This document shows, in pieces, positions 1 to 8,067 of a stretch of 64,000 nt of DNA. Position 1 is the first letter of the stretch, and each line of letters begins with the position of its first letter. The DNA comes from Candidatus Spongiisociaceae bacterium. GTDB taxonomy: Bacteria > Actinomycetota > Acidimicrobiia > Spongiisociales > Spongiisociaceae. The position numbers and the translations under genes were made by a program. The stretch is taken from assembly GCA_965202665.1 (NCBI GenBank), contig OZ241841.1, positions 2,528,001 through 2,592,000 of the forward strand, read 5' to 3'. The notes under the pieces were generated by a model. It searched no databases. It was not told where the DNA came from and saw only the letters and a list, made by a program, of their open reading frames with translations.

Positions 1-66
1 CGCGGAGCGGGCGATGGGGGCGGGCCCCGCCTTCGCGGAGCGGGTGGCGGGGGAGGAGGGGGAGGT

Positions 67-1038
67 TTGACTTCCGGGACGGGCGCCGCCCGGCGTTCCC
101 TGGCGACGCTGCCCACCCCGTTGCATCCGGCCCCCCGCCTGTCGGAGGAGCTGGGGGCGGAGGTGTGGCTGAAGCGGGACGATATGACCGGCCTGGGGCT
201 GGGGGGCAACAAGGCCCGCCCGTTGCAGTTTCTGCTGGAGGACGCCCGGGAGCGGGGGGCGGACCATTTGGTGACCGGGGGCGGCCCGTCCTCCAACTGG
301 GTTTTGCTGGCCGCGGTGGGGGCCCGGCAACGGGGTTTGGGGGTGGAGGCGGTGCTGTTCGGGGACGGCGGGGGGCCGGAGCCGGGATGCCTGCGGCTGT
401 TGCGCCGCCTGCCGGGGGTGGAAATCACTTTCACCGGGGAGGGGGAACGGTCTTCGGTGGATCCGATGTTGGAGGCGCGGGCGGAGGAGGTTCGGAAACG
501 GGGGGGAGTCCCCTACGTGGTGGAGCGGGGCGGGGCTTCCCCGGTGGGGGCGCTCGGTTACGCGCGGGCCGTTTCCGAAATAAACGAACAGCTGGCGGAG
601 CGGGGGTTGGAGATGGGGGCGGTGTGGCTGGCCGCCGGGTCGTGCGGTACCCAGGCCGGGCTGGTGGCCGGACATTCTTTCACGGGCGCGGAGCGGCGGA
701 TAACGGGGGTGTCGGTGCATCGCCCCCTGCCGGAATGCCGCCGCCGCATCGCCCGCATCTCCGAGGCGGCCCTGGATTTGCTGTCGGCCGCCCCCGGGGA
801 AAGGGCGCCGGCGGAATGGGAGGTGCTGGACGGTTTGCGGCCGGATCCGGCGCGGGTGCGGGCCGCGGTGCGGCTGATGGCGGACACCGAAGGGATTTTC
901 CTGGACGACGAGTTCGGCGGCCCGGCTTTGGCGATGTTGGCGGAACGGGCCGGGGAGACGGCCGGTCCGGTGCTGTTTCTGGTAACCGGCGGCGCCCCGG
1001 GTCTGTTCAACGGCGGGGAGGGCGGCCGACGTGCGTGA
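67..1038 (+). CDS. PLP-dependent D-cysteine desulfhydrase / ACC deaminase family enzyme (divergent)
   Basis: PTPL...LKRDD...GLGGNK PLP-lysine motif and GSCGTQAG loop; several family positions altered (NKARPL, SSNW, LDDEFGGP). Confidence 0.8.
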   Translation: MTSGTGAARRSLATLPTPLHPAPRLSEELGAEVWLKRDDMTGLGLGGNKARPLQFLLEDARERGADHLVTGGGPSSNWVLLAAVGARQRGLGVEAVLFGDGGGPEPGCLRLLRRLPGVEITFTGEGERSSVDPMLEARAEEVRKRGGVPYVVERGGASPVGALGYARAVSEINEQLAERGLEMGAVWLAAGSCGTQAGLVAGHSFTGAERRITGVSVHRPLPECRRRIARISEAALDLLSAAPGERAPAEWEVLDGLRPDPARVRAAVRLMADTEGIFLDDEFGGPALAMLAERAGETAGPVLFLVTGGAPGLFNGGEGGRRA

Positions 1039-2563
1039 GCCGCCGGAGGGCTATCTGGGGGCGGAAGGTCCGTTGGCGGACGGACCGTCGCCGGCTCTGG
1101 TGGAGGCGGGTTACCGGTTGGAGATCGCCGACGCCCGGTTTCTGCACCGGGGTTTGGGACTGGCCGACCTGGCCCATATTCTGGAGTTGCGGGAGGCGGG
1201 GGCGGTCCCGGAGGAGGCGGCCCGCGCCTTGTGCCGGGAGGCGCTGGTTTTTCTGGAAACCCCGGTGGAGGATTTTCCCTACGACCCGTTGTACGGGGAC
1301 GCCTACAACAGCCGGGAGCGGGAGTTGGAACGGCGCTTGGGCCCGGCGGCCGGCTGGCTTCCCGCCGGGCGCACCCGCCGGGAAGCGGGGCGGATCGCGG
1401 TGCGCCTGGCCTTGCGGGAACGTTTGCTGGGCTTGCATGGGGCGGCGGCGGATTTGGCGATGACTTTGGCCGGGCGGGGGCGGGAGTTGGCGGAGGTCGC
1501 CTGGAACGACGTCACGTACCTGCAGCCCGCCCAGCCTTCTTCCTTCGGGTTTTACCTGGCCGGGTTCGGGGAGGGGGCGGTGCGCGACTTGGAGCGCATC
1601 CGAGCCTGCTACCGGCTGGCGGACCGCTCCCCGGCCGGTTCCGGGGGGGTGGGGGGGACCGTCATCCCTTTGGACCGGGAACGGCTGTCCGCCCGGTTGG
1701 GATTCGACGGTCCCACCGCCCACATTCGGGACGGCATGTGGTCGGCGGACGTGCTGGCGGATGCGGGATGGGCGGCGGCGCAGGCGGCCCTGACCGTTAA
1801 TCGCCTGGCGGAGGACCTGGAAATTTTCGCCAGCCCCCAGTTCGGTTACGTCCGCTTGGCGGACGGGTCGTCGCGGGCGTCGGTGGCACTACCCCAGAAG
1901 CGCAACCCGTACGCGTTGGCGGTGATCCGGGGCGGGGCGGGAACCCTCATCGGGCGGGCGGCCGGGTTGATGGCCGTCGGGCGCACCCCGTCGGCCCGCA
2001 CCGACAACTGGCTGTACGGCTACGGGGAGGCGGTGGGGGCGGTGGAGACGGCCGCCCGCCTGGTGCGGTTGGCGGAGGAAACGGTGCGGGAGATGGAAGT
2101 GGACGGGGGGAGGTTGGCGGCCGGGGCGGGGACGCACGGCTCGCTGGCGACCGATTTGGCGGAACGTTTGACGTTGGACGGCGGTTTGGACTACCGGAGC
2201 GCCTATCGCATAATTGGCCGGGCGGTGGCCGAAGCCGGCGACGGGGGCTGGCCGACGGCGGACGGCTTGCGGCGGGCGGCCGGGGAGTTGGGTTTCGGGG
2301 AAGACGCGGCCCGTTGGGGGGAGAGTTTGGAGGAGGCCTGGGAGGCGACGGGGAAGCCGGGGGAGTTAGGGGCCCGCTGGCCGACCGGCCGGGACGCCGT
2401 AGGTTCCTGCGCCCCGTCGCAGGTGGAGGAACACTGCCGGTCGGTGGAGGAAAGGGTTGCCCGGGCCCGGGAGTGGGCGGAGGCGGCCCGCAACCGGACC
2501 GAGGCCGCCGCCCGGGATTTAATCTCCGCCGCCCGCCGCCTGGCGGACGGGAAAGCAAAGTAG
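1031..2563 (+). CDS. Argininosuccinate lyase / fumarase-aspartase superfamily lyase (divergent, probably not canonical ArgH)
   Basis: TYLQPAQP and ASVALPQKRNP signature-like motifs; overlaps the upstream gene. Confidence 0.8.
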   Translation: MREPPEGYLGAEGPLADGPSPALVEAGYRLEIADARFLHRGLGLADLAHILELREAGAVPEEAARALCREALVFLETPVEDFPYDPLYGDAYNSRERELERRLGPAAGWLPAGRTRREAGRIAVRLALRERLLGLHGAAADLAMTLAGRGRELAEVAWNDVTYLQPAQPSSFGFYLAGFGEGAVRDLERIRACYRLADRSPAGSGGVGGTVIPLDRERLSARLGFDGPTAHIRDGMWSADVLADAGWAAAQAALTVNRLAEDLEIFASPQFGYVRLADGSSRASVALPQKRNPYALAVIRGGAGTLIGRAAGLMAVGRTPSARTDNWLYGYGEAVGAVETAARLVRLAEETVREMEVDGGRLAAGAGTHGSLATDLAERLTLDGGLDYRSAYRIIGRAVAEAGDGGWPTADGLRRAAGELGFGEDAARWGESLEEAWEATGKPGELGARWPTGRDAVGSCAPSQVEEHCRSVEERVARAREWAEAARNRTEAAARDLISAARRLADGKAK

Positions 2564-2565
2564 CC

Positions 2566-2754
2566 ATGCCGGTTTTGTTGCTGGAATGCCCGGACTGCGG
2601 CCATCGTTTCCGTTCGCTGGTGGCGCCGGGGGCGAAAACCCCGGAAGTGTGGGTGTGCTCCCAGTGCAAAAGCCGCCGCGCCGTCGCAGTGGAAGAAGTT
2701 TCCAACACCAACCACCCGTGGGCGGGGGAAGACATGACCCCCTGTTGCGGCTAA
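2566..2754 (+). CDS. Small zinc-ribbon protein (FmdB-like)
   Basis: ATG 2 nt after lyase stop; CPDC-GHRF...CSQC motifs, C-terminal CCG. Confidence 0.7.
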   Translation: MPVLLLECPDCGHRFRSLVAPGAKTPEVWVCSQCKSRRAVAVEEVSNTNHPWAGEDMTPCCG

Positions 2755-2824
2755 CCCCAAACCCCACCCCGCTTCTTCTCCCAGTGGCGAGGATAGTGAC
2801 ATCGTGTTATCAGAACAATATAGT

Positions 2825-3301
2825 TCATAAGCTGAATACTGTTACTATGTTGAATGCTATCTGAGTTATTGCTAGTATAAATCCCAGAGTAATACCCAAC
2901 ACTTTGATCAGGCTTTTTCCTCTTTCCTTGTATTTTTGCCAGCGACGAAATCTACCACTAGGATACGATGTTCTGACATCAATAGAGGCTATGTTCGTAG
3001 GAGGAATAAACAAGTAGGCTCCACTCTTGAATGTTATATGAATATCCTCAGCGATTGTTTTACGGTAAGCAAACTTTTCTTTTAGCTCTCCATTAAGGGA
3101 AATATCTATATACTTAAAGTCTACCTCCTTGTACTTCCGAACCCTGCTACTTCCAACAGGTCTTCCATAGTCAGCAGGATTTAATCCTATATTTATAGCC
3201 TCCGTCAAAGTAAATCGAATGTAAGGTTTCCCTTCCTCGATAATGCTGGCAATGAGAACACTACCGTATATACCTCCAAAGTTAATATCCATTTTGTTCA
3301 C
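2825..3301 (-). CDS. AT-rich hypothetical protein with C-terminal hydrophobic helix
   Basis: 158-aa ORF in a low-GC segment; purine-rich AAAGGAAA directly before the annotated GTG, suits next in-frame ATG; C-terminal hydrophobic stretch. Confidence 0.55.
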   Translation of the reverse strand: MNKMDINFGGIYGSVLIASIIEEGKPYIRFTLTEAINIGLNPADYGRPVGSSRVRKYKEVDFKYIDISLNGELKEKFAYRKTIAEDIHITFKSGAYLFIPPTNIASIDVRTSYPSGRFRRWQKYKERGKSLIKVLGITLGFILAITQIAFNIVTVFSL

Positions 3302-3567
3302 TTTCCTTTCTATGTTGAGAGTTTGGATAGGCTAGTTGACAACCTCTACACACAATGTGTTTGGTCGGTCAGGGCAACCGGATTACTGCTCCCTCTCCTG
3401 ATGTCCCAGCACCGCCACTAATTTATTTCAAACACATGTGCGCTCCTTTTTTGGGCTGGGCTATTGTTCCCCATCACCTAAAACCATTATAGGATGAGCT
3501 GGCGGTGCACACCGCGTTGCGTGAGTATCCACAGAGGTTCTTCTGGTACTCAGGGTGAATAATAAGA

Positions 3568-4851
3568 TTAGGGGGCGGGGCCTGCCCGGGCGGGGGTACG
3601 GGTTGATCTGGGCGGGGCGGGGACGGGGGGTCCGGCGCGGGGCCGGGTTTGCCAGAGGCCGCCGGTTTCAGCCAGTTCCAGGTTGTGGTCCTGCAGTTCC
3701 CGATGGTGGGGTCCGCACAGGGAAGCCAGGTTGTCGATGTCGGTTGGGCCTCCGTCGGCCCAGTCCAGCAGATGGTGCAGATCGGTCAGGTGGGGCGGCT
3801 CATTGCACCGGACGCATCCCCGGTCCCGCACCGCCGCCGCCAGCCGTTGCGCGTCGTTGCCCAGACGTTTGCTGCGTCCCAGCCACAACGTGCGGCCTTT
3901 CCCGCCGAAGATGATTCCGCACACGGAGTCGTCGGGGGAAAGCAGGTGGAGGACGGAGGGGGGCACCGGCCCGGTTCCCAAAATCTCGCAGGTTCCATCG
4001 GGCCGTGTTCCGTCGAACAGCCCCAGGTCGGCCACCACCACCAGTTGCGTAGCGGACTTGCCCGCCCCGCCCCGGTCGGGCAACGGTTGCATGGTTTCCG
4101 CGTCCCGGCCGGTCAGCAGTTCCACCAGGGCGTCCGCCCGCCGCTGTTCGTTGTTGCGGATGTCGTCGGGGTGGGCTTCTCCGCCCGAATCCGCCCGCCG
4201 CAACCGTTCGACGCGGAGGTCCAACGCTTGCCGCACCTGTCCGAACCGGATGGGATCCAGATCGGCCCGCACGATGCCCATCCCCGTTGCCTTGTCCAGG
4301 AAGGCGTGAGCCTTGCGCAACCGCCTTTGTTTCTCAAGCAACGATTCGCCCCGGTCGGGGGAGTGAGCGTTGGCCCACCGGCGGGCCTGCTTGCGAAAAT
4401 GATCCGGGTTGGTTTGGGAGGCTTCTTTCAGCAGTCCCGAATTCCCGTCCACCGCCTCGGCTCCGCATTCGTCCGCCGCCGAAGTCAGCGAAGCGGCGTT
4501 CTCCAACGTGATTTCCCCGGCCTGCAGTTTGGCCCGCGTGTTGGGCATTTCCCGCAACTTCTGGGCCACTCCGGTCATTTGCTTGGCCTGATGGCCGGTC
4601 ATTCCCAGATGGTCGCGCAATGTTTCGGCCGCCCGGGCCCGGCCTTTCAGTTCGGTGATGCGCGAGGCGAGGGCGCATTCGAACGCCGCCACTTTGGCCC
4701 GGAGCCGTTTGGCGGACGCGGCCAGTTGCTCCAGATCGTTTAGAGACAGGCCGTCGTCAAGGCGGGCGGCGGTCAGGTCGGTCAGGGCCGACTCGGCCCG
4801 TTCGCAGGCCTGTTGCGGCGCCTCGGCGCGGGGATCGGTTGTGTGTTTCAT
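3568..4851 (-). CDS. DUF222 + HNH endonuclease (13E12/REP13E12-like) protein
   Basis: QRRADAL, RDRGCVRC...HHLLDWADGGPTDIDNLASLCGPHH; likely leaderless start at ATG 4851. Confidence 0.88.
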   Translation of the reverse strand: MKHTTDPRAEAPQQACERAESALTDLTAARLDDGLSLNDLEQLAASAKRLRAKVAAFECALASRITELKGRARAAETLRDHLGMTGHQAKQMTGVAQKLREMPNTRAKLQAGEITLENAASLTSAADECGAEAVDGNSGLLKEASQTNPDHFRKQARRWANAHSPDRGESLLEKQRRLRKAHAFLDKATGMGIVRADLDPIRFGQVRQALDLRVERLRRADSGGEAHPDDIRNNEQRRADALVELLTGRDAETMQPLPDRGGAGKSATQLVVVADLGLFDGTRPDGTCEILGTGPVPPSVLHLLSPDDSVCGIIFGGKGRTLWLGRSKRLGNDAQRLAAAVRDRGCVRCNEPPHLTDLHHLLDWADGGPTDIDNLASLCGPHHRELQDHNLELAETGGLWQTRPRAGPPVPAPPRSTRTPARAGPAP

Positions 4852-4858
4852 AGCGTTT

Positions 4859-4880
4859 ACCTTATCAGGGGGGTGTGACA
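4859..4880 (-). promoter_or_regulatory. PafBC/RecA-NDp-like promoter 1 (TGTCAC-N10-TAAGGT)
   Basis: Minus strand TGTCAC ACCCCCCTGA TAAGGT, 7 nt before the HNH ATG; resembles TGTCGG-N10-TAnnnT. Confidence 0.6.
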
Positions 4881-4924
4881 TTTTTGTTTAGATGGGATTG
4901 TCGAATAGAATCTTATGTTTCTAT

Positions 4925-4953
4925 ATTCTACGATATTTAAATTTGTTTGTCAA
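4925..4953 (-). promoter_or_regulatory. Sigma70/SigA-type promoter TTGACA-N17-TAGAAT
   Basis: Near-consensus -35/-10 with 17-bp spacer pointing to the HNH gene. Confidence 0.65.
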
Positions 4954-4992
4954 ATCGGACGGCCCGACAGGGGGAAGCGCTTAACGATGGTT

Positions 4993-5014
4993 AAGGTACC
5001 AGAGGGGTGTGACA
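4993..5014 (-). promoter_or_regulatory. PafBC/RecA-NDp-like promoter 2 (TGTCAC-N10-TACCTT)
   Basis: Second copy of the motif with identical spacing. Confidence 0.55.
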
Positions 5015-5018
5015 GAAT

Positions 5019-5055
5019 CCGCCGCGGGACCGGAGAACCCCCGGTCCCGCGGCGG
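5019..5055 (-). terminator. GC-rich hairpin downstream of SLH-Cache gene
   Basis: Perfect 15-bp inverted repeat CCGCCGCGGGACCGG / CCGGTCCCGCGGCGG with 7-nt loop just after the stop. Confidence 0.7.
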
Positions 5056-5064
5056 TCGGTCGGG

Positions 5065-6399
5065 TCAGGGGGCGGGTTCGTACCAGCCGGAGCCGAAGAT
5101 CAGGCCGTCCCGTTTCAGCACCCAGGAATGTTTCTGCTCCAGCTCGCCGGAGTCCGGGTTGCGGCGGATGTAGTCCACCCACGCCCCCCGCTCGGTGGCG
5201 GCGGCCAGCTCCCGTCCGTAGTTTTTGCCGTTGACGTCGGTGCGGGTGGTGGTGGCGGTTCCCACCAGTTCCGGGTTGGTGGCGATGGAGATGGTGGTTC
5301 CGTCTTCGATGATGAAGATGTACCAGGGCCCGTCGATGCTGTCGGTGGAGTTGTAGAAGTCGATGGTCGCCTGCCGGCCTATCTCCCGGTAGCGGTCGAT
5401 GGCCTGTTGCACGAAATACTGGGTGTAGGCGGCCGGTTGGTCTTTGGTCGGCGGGGGCGGAACCTCGTCTTCGTACCAGCCGGATGCGAAAATCAGATCG
5501 TCGTGCAGCACCGCCCAGGTGTGCTTCTGCCGGTTCTGGCCGGTGGCGGTGTTGAGGAACACGTAGTCCACCCAGACGCCGTCTTGGTCGGCGGCCACCA
5601 GTTCCAGGCCGTAGGGCTTGCCGTACACCCCGGTGCGGTGGGTGGGGCTGGAGCCCCGCAGTTCCGGTCGGGTGGGATGGACGACGGTGTCTTCGTCTTC
5701 GATGATGAACACGTACCATTGGCCGTCCACGCTGTCGGACGAATTGTAGAAGTCGAAAGCGGCCTGCCGGCCCTGGTCGCGGTAGCGGTCGATGGCCTGT
5801 TGCACGAAATACTGGGTGTAGGTGGGCTCATCGCTTTTAGCGGGGGGGCGGCCCCGGTCCAGCAGGGCCCGGTTGCCCGCTTTCATAAAAGCCGCCAGGT
5901 CGGCGCGGGAGGCACCTTCGGGGAAAAGCCGGTTGAGGACTTTGGCGGTCTGGGAGGCGGTGACGGCGCGGCCGGGCCGGAAATTCCCGTCCGGATAGCC
6001 CAGGAGCAACTTTTTGGCGGCGCCGTTGTCGATGTCGGCCAGTTGCGGATGGTCGTCGGCCACATCCGGGAAGGAGTTGGGGGTGGTGTCGGCGGTCCAA
6101 GCCTTTATCGCCTGGGCGCCCCCCCAAACATAGGTGGCCAGGTCGGCGCGGGTGGCCCCCTGCGGGAAGGCGGGGCCCACGATGTCCGGGATTTCACCGA
6201 CGGGGACAGCCTGGTCGGGCTGGAGGTTCCCATCCTCGTCGGCCTGCAACCAGCCGCGGGCCGCGGCGTAATCGATGGCCGCCCCTTCCGGTTGCCCGCC
6301 GTTCCCCTCGGGCGAATCATCGCCGTTGCCGTATCCGGCGGGCCCCAAGGACATCACCAAAGCCAAGGCCAAAGCGACAGCGGTCATCGTTCGTTTCAT
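5065..6399 (-). CDS. Secreted protein with SLH-like region and two tandem single Cache domains
   Basis: Signal peptide MKRTMTAVALALAL; FPDV...GYPDGNFRP...VT SLH-like motif; two ~131-aa repeats YVFIIED..HP..G..D..GK.YG......WVDY..NP..G....K.WV....GLIFGSG.Y. Confidence 0.75.
   Translation of the reverse strand: MKRTMTAVALALALVMSLGPAGYGNGDDSPEGNGGQPEGAAIDYAAARGWLQADEDGNLQPDQAVPVGEIPDIVGPAFPQGATRADLATYVWGGAQAIKAWTADTTPNSFPDVADDHPQLADIDNGAAKKLLLGYPDGNFRPGRAVTASQTAKVLNRLFPEGASRADLAAFMKAGNRALLDRGRPPAKSDEPTYTQYFVQQAIDRYRDQGRQAAFDFYNSSDSVDGQWYVFIIEDEDTVVHPTRPELRGSSPTHRTGVYGKPYGLELVAADQDGVWVDYVFLNTATGQNRQKHTWAVLHDDLIFASGWYEDEVPPPPTKDQPAAYTQYFVQQAIDRYREIGRQATIDFYNSTDSIDGPWYIFIIEDGTTISIATNPELVGTATTTRTDVNGKNYGRELAAATERGAWVDYIRRNPDSGELEQKHSWVLKRDGLIFGSGWYEPAP
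5387..5822. repeat. Intragenic direct repeat (43 bp identical, 393-bp period)
   Basis: CGGTAGCGGTCGATGGCCTGTTGCACGAAATACTGGGTGTAGG at 5387-5429 and 5780-5822. Confidence 0.85.
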
Positions 6400-6530
6400 C
6401 ACCGTTCCCCTTTCTTGGGTTCTTCTCCGAACAACCCCATAATAGCAACCGCCGACGCCGGGAGGTCCGGTATGTCCCGGGAACGTGGTAGGGTATCGCC
6501 GGGCAAACCGCAACGTCCGGAAAGGGGACA

Positions 6531-7034
6531 GTGATGGCGACGCTAGCCGCGCGCGAGCTAGATATACCCGATGAGCAAGATATCCAACAGGCCAAATACG
6601 CGGCGGAGCGTTTAGCCGAATTCCGGCAGGAGGGTTCGCCGCTGTTCCTCATCTGGGGGAGCGGTGGTTCGGATGAGGGGGCTGGCTCTGTGCCGATACC
6701 GGACGAAGCCCTTCAGCCTTTGGCGGAAATTCTAGAGGCGCAGTCGGAGGGCAACGCGGTAGCTGTGTTGCCAGTCCACACCGAATACACCACCGAGCAA
6801 GTATCTCGTATTTTGAAAATGGACCATTCTCATGTGACCGAGATTCTCGACAAAGGCAAGATTTCGTGTCGGATAATCGACGGTAAACGAACGGTGCCAT
6901 TGTCGGAACTCCTAGAGCACAGCGGATTGGACGATGAGTGCAGGAAAGTTTTGCTACGAGAGTTGGCTATGCAATATATAATAATCAACCTTGAAGAGCC
7001 GATAACAGGAAGTAGTTTGATTATCAATGGATAG
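6531..7034 (+). CDS. Excisionase-family (HTH_17) DNA-binding protein, degenerate; putative antitoxin
   Basis: VPIP..AL..L..IL.A...GNAVAVLP...EYTTEQVSRIL....V..ILD.GKI. Confidence 0.7.
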   Translation: MMATLAARELDIPDEQDIQQAKYAAERLAEFRQEGSPLFLIWGSGGSDEGAGSVPIPDEALQPLAEILEAQSEGNAVAVLPVHTEYTTEQVSRILKMDHSHVTEILDKGKISCRIIDGKRTVPLSELLEHSGLDDECRKVLLRELAMQYIIINLEEPITGSSLIING

Positions 7035-7476
7035 TTCAGCAGTCAAAGAGGAGCAGGCGAAGGGCCCGGCAAGTCTTTTGGCCAAAGTCCGACAACTCGG
7101 ATCTTTACCTCACTCGAATCTCTCGCTATGGAACGGTGATGCTGACGGAGGCCTCGGTTATTCGCCATTGCCGAAAAGTATTGCGAAGCCCTTGGTTGAT
7201 ATGTTAACGGCTGTAGTGAATGGCAAGACGTTGGTGGTACTCTCTATCCCTAAGGAGGTTAACATCAAACGAGCTACTTCAATTTTGAATCTAACCTATC
7301 CTGAGATGCTGAATCTCTTTGACGAAGGCGAGGTGCAATATCGCAAAGTTGACGGCGAGCGTGTAGTGCCCTTGTCAGCGATCTTTGATTATAAGCGTCG
7401 TAGTAAAGAGCGTGCACGAGAATTAATAAACTATCTAACCCGGGAAACCCAATTAATGGGTCTCTACGAAATATAA
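7027..7476 (+). CDS. Excisionase-family DNA-binding protein; putative antitoxin
   Basis: GKTLVVL..PKEVN...ATSILNLTYP...NLFDEGEV.YRKVDGERVV......DYKRR; ends ETQLMGLY. Confidence 0.7.
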   Translation: MDSSAVKEEQAKGPASLLAKVRQLGSLPHSNLSLWNGDADGGLGYSPLPKSIAKPLVDMLTAVVNGKTLVVLSIPKEVNIKRATSILNLTYPEMLNLFDEGEVQYRKVDGERVVPLSAIFDYKRRSKERARELINYLTRETQLMGLYEI

Positions 7477-7517
7477 GTCAATCCCACGGAAAAGGAGTCA
7501 GCCGGTGGCGACAACGG

Positions 7518-8036
7518 ATGCTCGTAAAAAGGGCTCACGCTCGTGAGGAACCCCCCTTGGGGTTTAACGTTCCGGACGGTCTCACCAGGGATATGGCTGA
7601 GGAGGCCGCAAATTTTCTGGCAAACCGACGGGGAGCGGGTCAGGCCATCCAGATTGTCGCCTCCGTTAGCAACGGTGACAGGCGGCAGGAATCGGTGATT
7701 TTGCCACGGTTGGCGGTGGATATGATCGCTCAACTGTTGACCGAGTTGGGGCGAGGTCATGCAGTGGTTGTGGAGCCGGTAGAGGCTGAGCTGACCACTC
7801 AGCAGGCGGCCGACATCCTCAACGTGAGCCGCCCTTACCTAATCGGCTTGCTGGATGAAGGCAAGATTCCGTACTGCAGAGTGGGTAACCGTCGCAAGAT
7901 TTCCCTGATGCAACTCCTCGACTATAAACGCTGCGATGATAAAAACCGGGATGCTATTGCGAATGAAATACTGAGCGAAACACAAAACATCGGGATCTAT
8001 TATCCAGATTTTGAGGCTCATGAAATCGAGGAATAG
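7518..8036 (+). CDS. Excisionase-family DNA-binding protein; putative antitoxin
   Basis: ELTTQQAADILNVSRPYLIGLLDEGKIPYCRVGNRRKI, typical of HTH genes normally preceding a PIN gene. Confidence 0.85.
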   Translation: MLVKRAHAREEPPLGFNVPDGLTRDMAEEAANFLANRRGAGQAIQIVASVSNGDRRQESVILPRLAVDMIAQLLTELGRGHAVVVEPVEAELTTQQAADILNVSRPYLIGLLDEGKIPYCRVGNRRKISLMQLLDYKRCDDKNRDAIANEILSETQNIGIYYPDFEAHEIEE

Positions 8037-8067
8037 AAATGGGCCGGTTGACCGTAGTGGCTACTAG

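Noticed and set aside
2740-2760. Selenocysteine or readthrough at the CCG end of the Zn-ribbon protein
   Set aside because: Stop codon is TAA, not TGA
3356-3508. Possible pseudoknotted ncRNA (TGTGTTTG/CAAACACA and GCACCGCCA/TGGCGGTGC complementarity)
   Set aside because: Only 8-9 bp helices with no recognisable family features; could be chance without covariation evidence
4900-4930. LexA (SOS) box upstream of the HNH gene
   Set aside because: Only a degenerate AT-rich palindrome; does not match GAAC-N4-GTTC
6531-8036. True prophage excisionases
   Set aside because: No integrase or phage genes; the N-terminal extension and length match the PIN-associated HTH family rather than small Xis proteins
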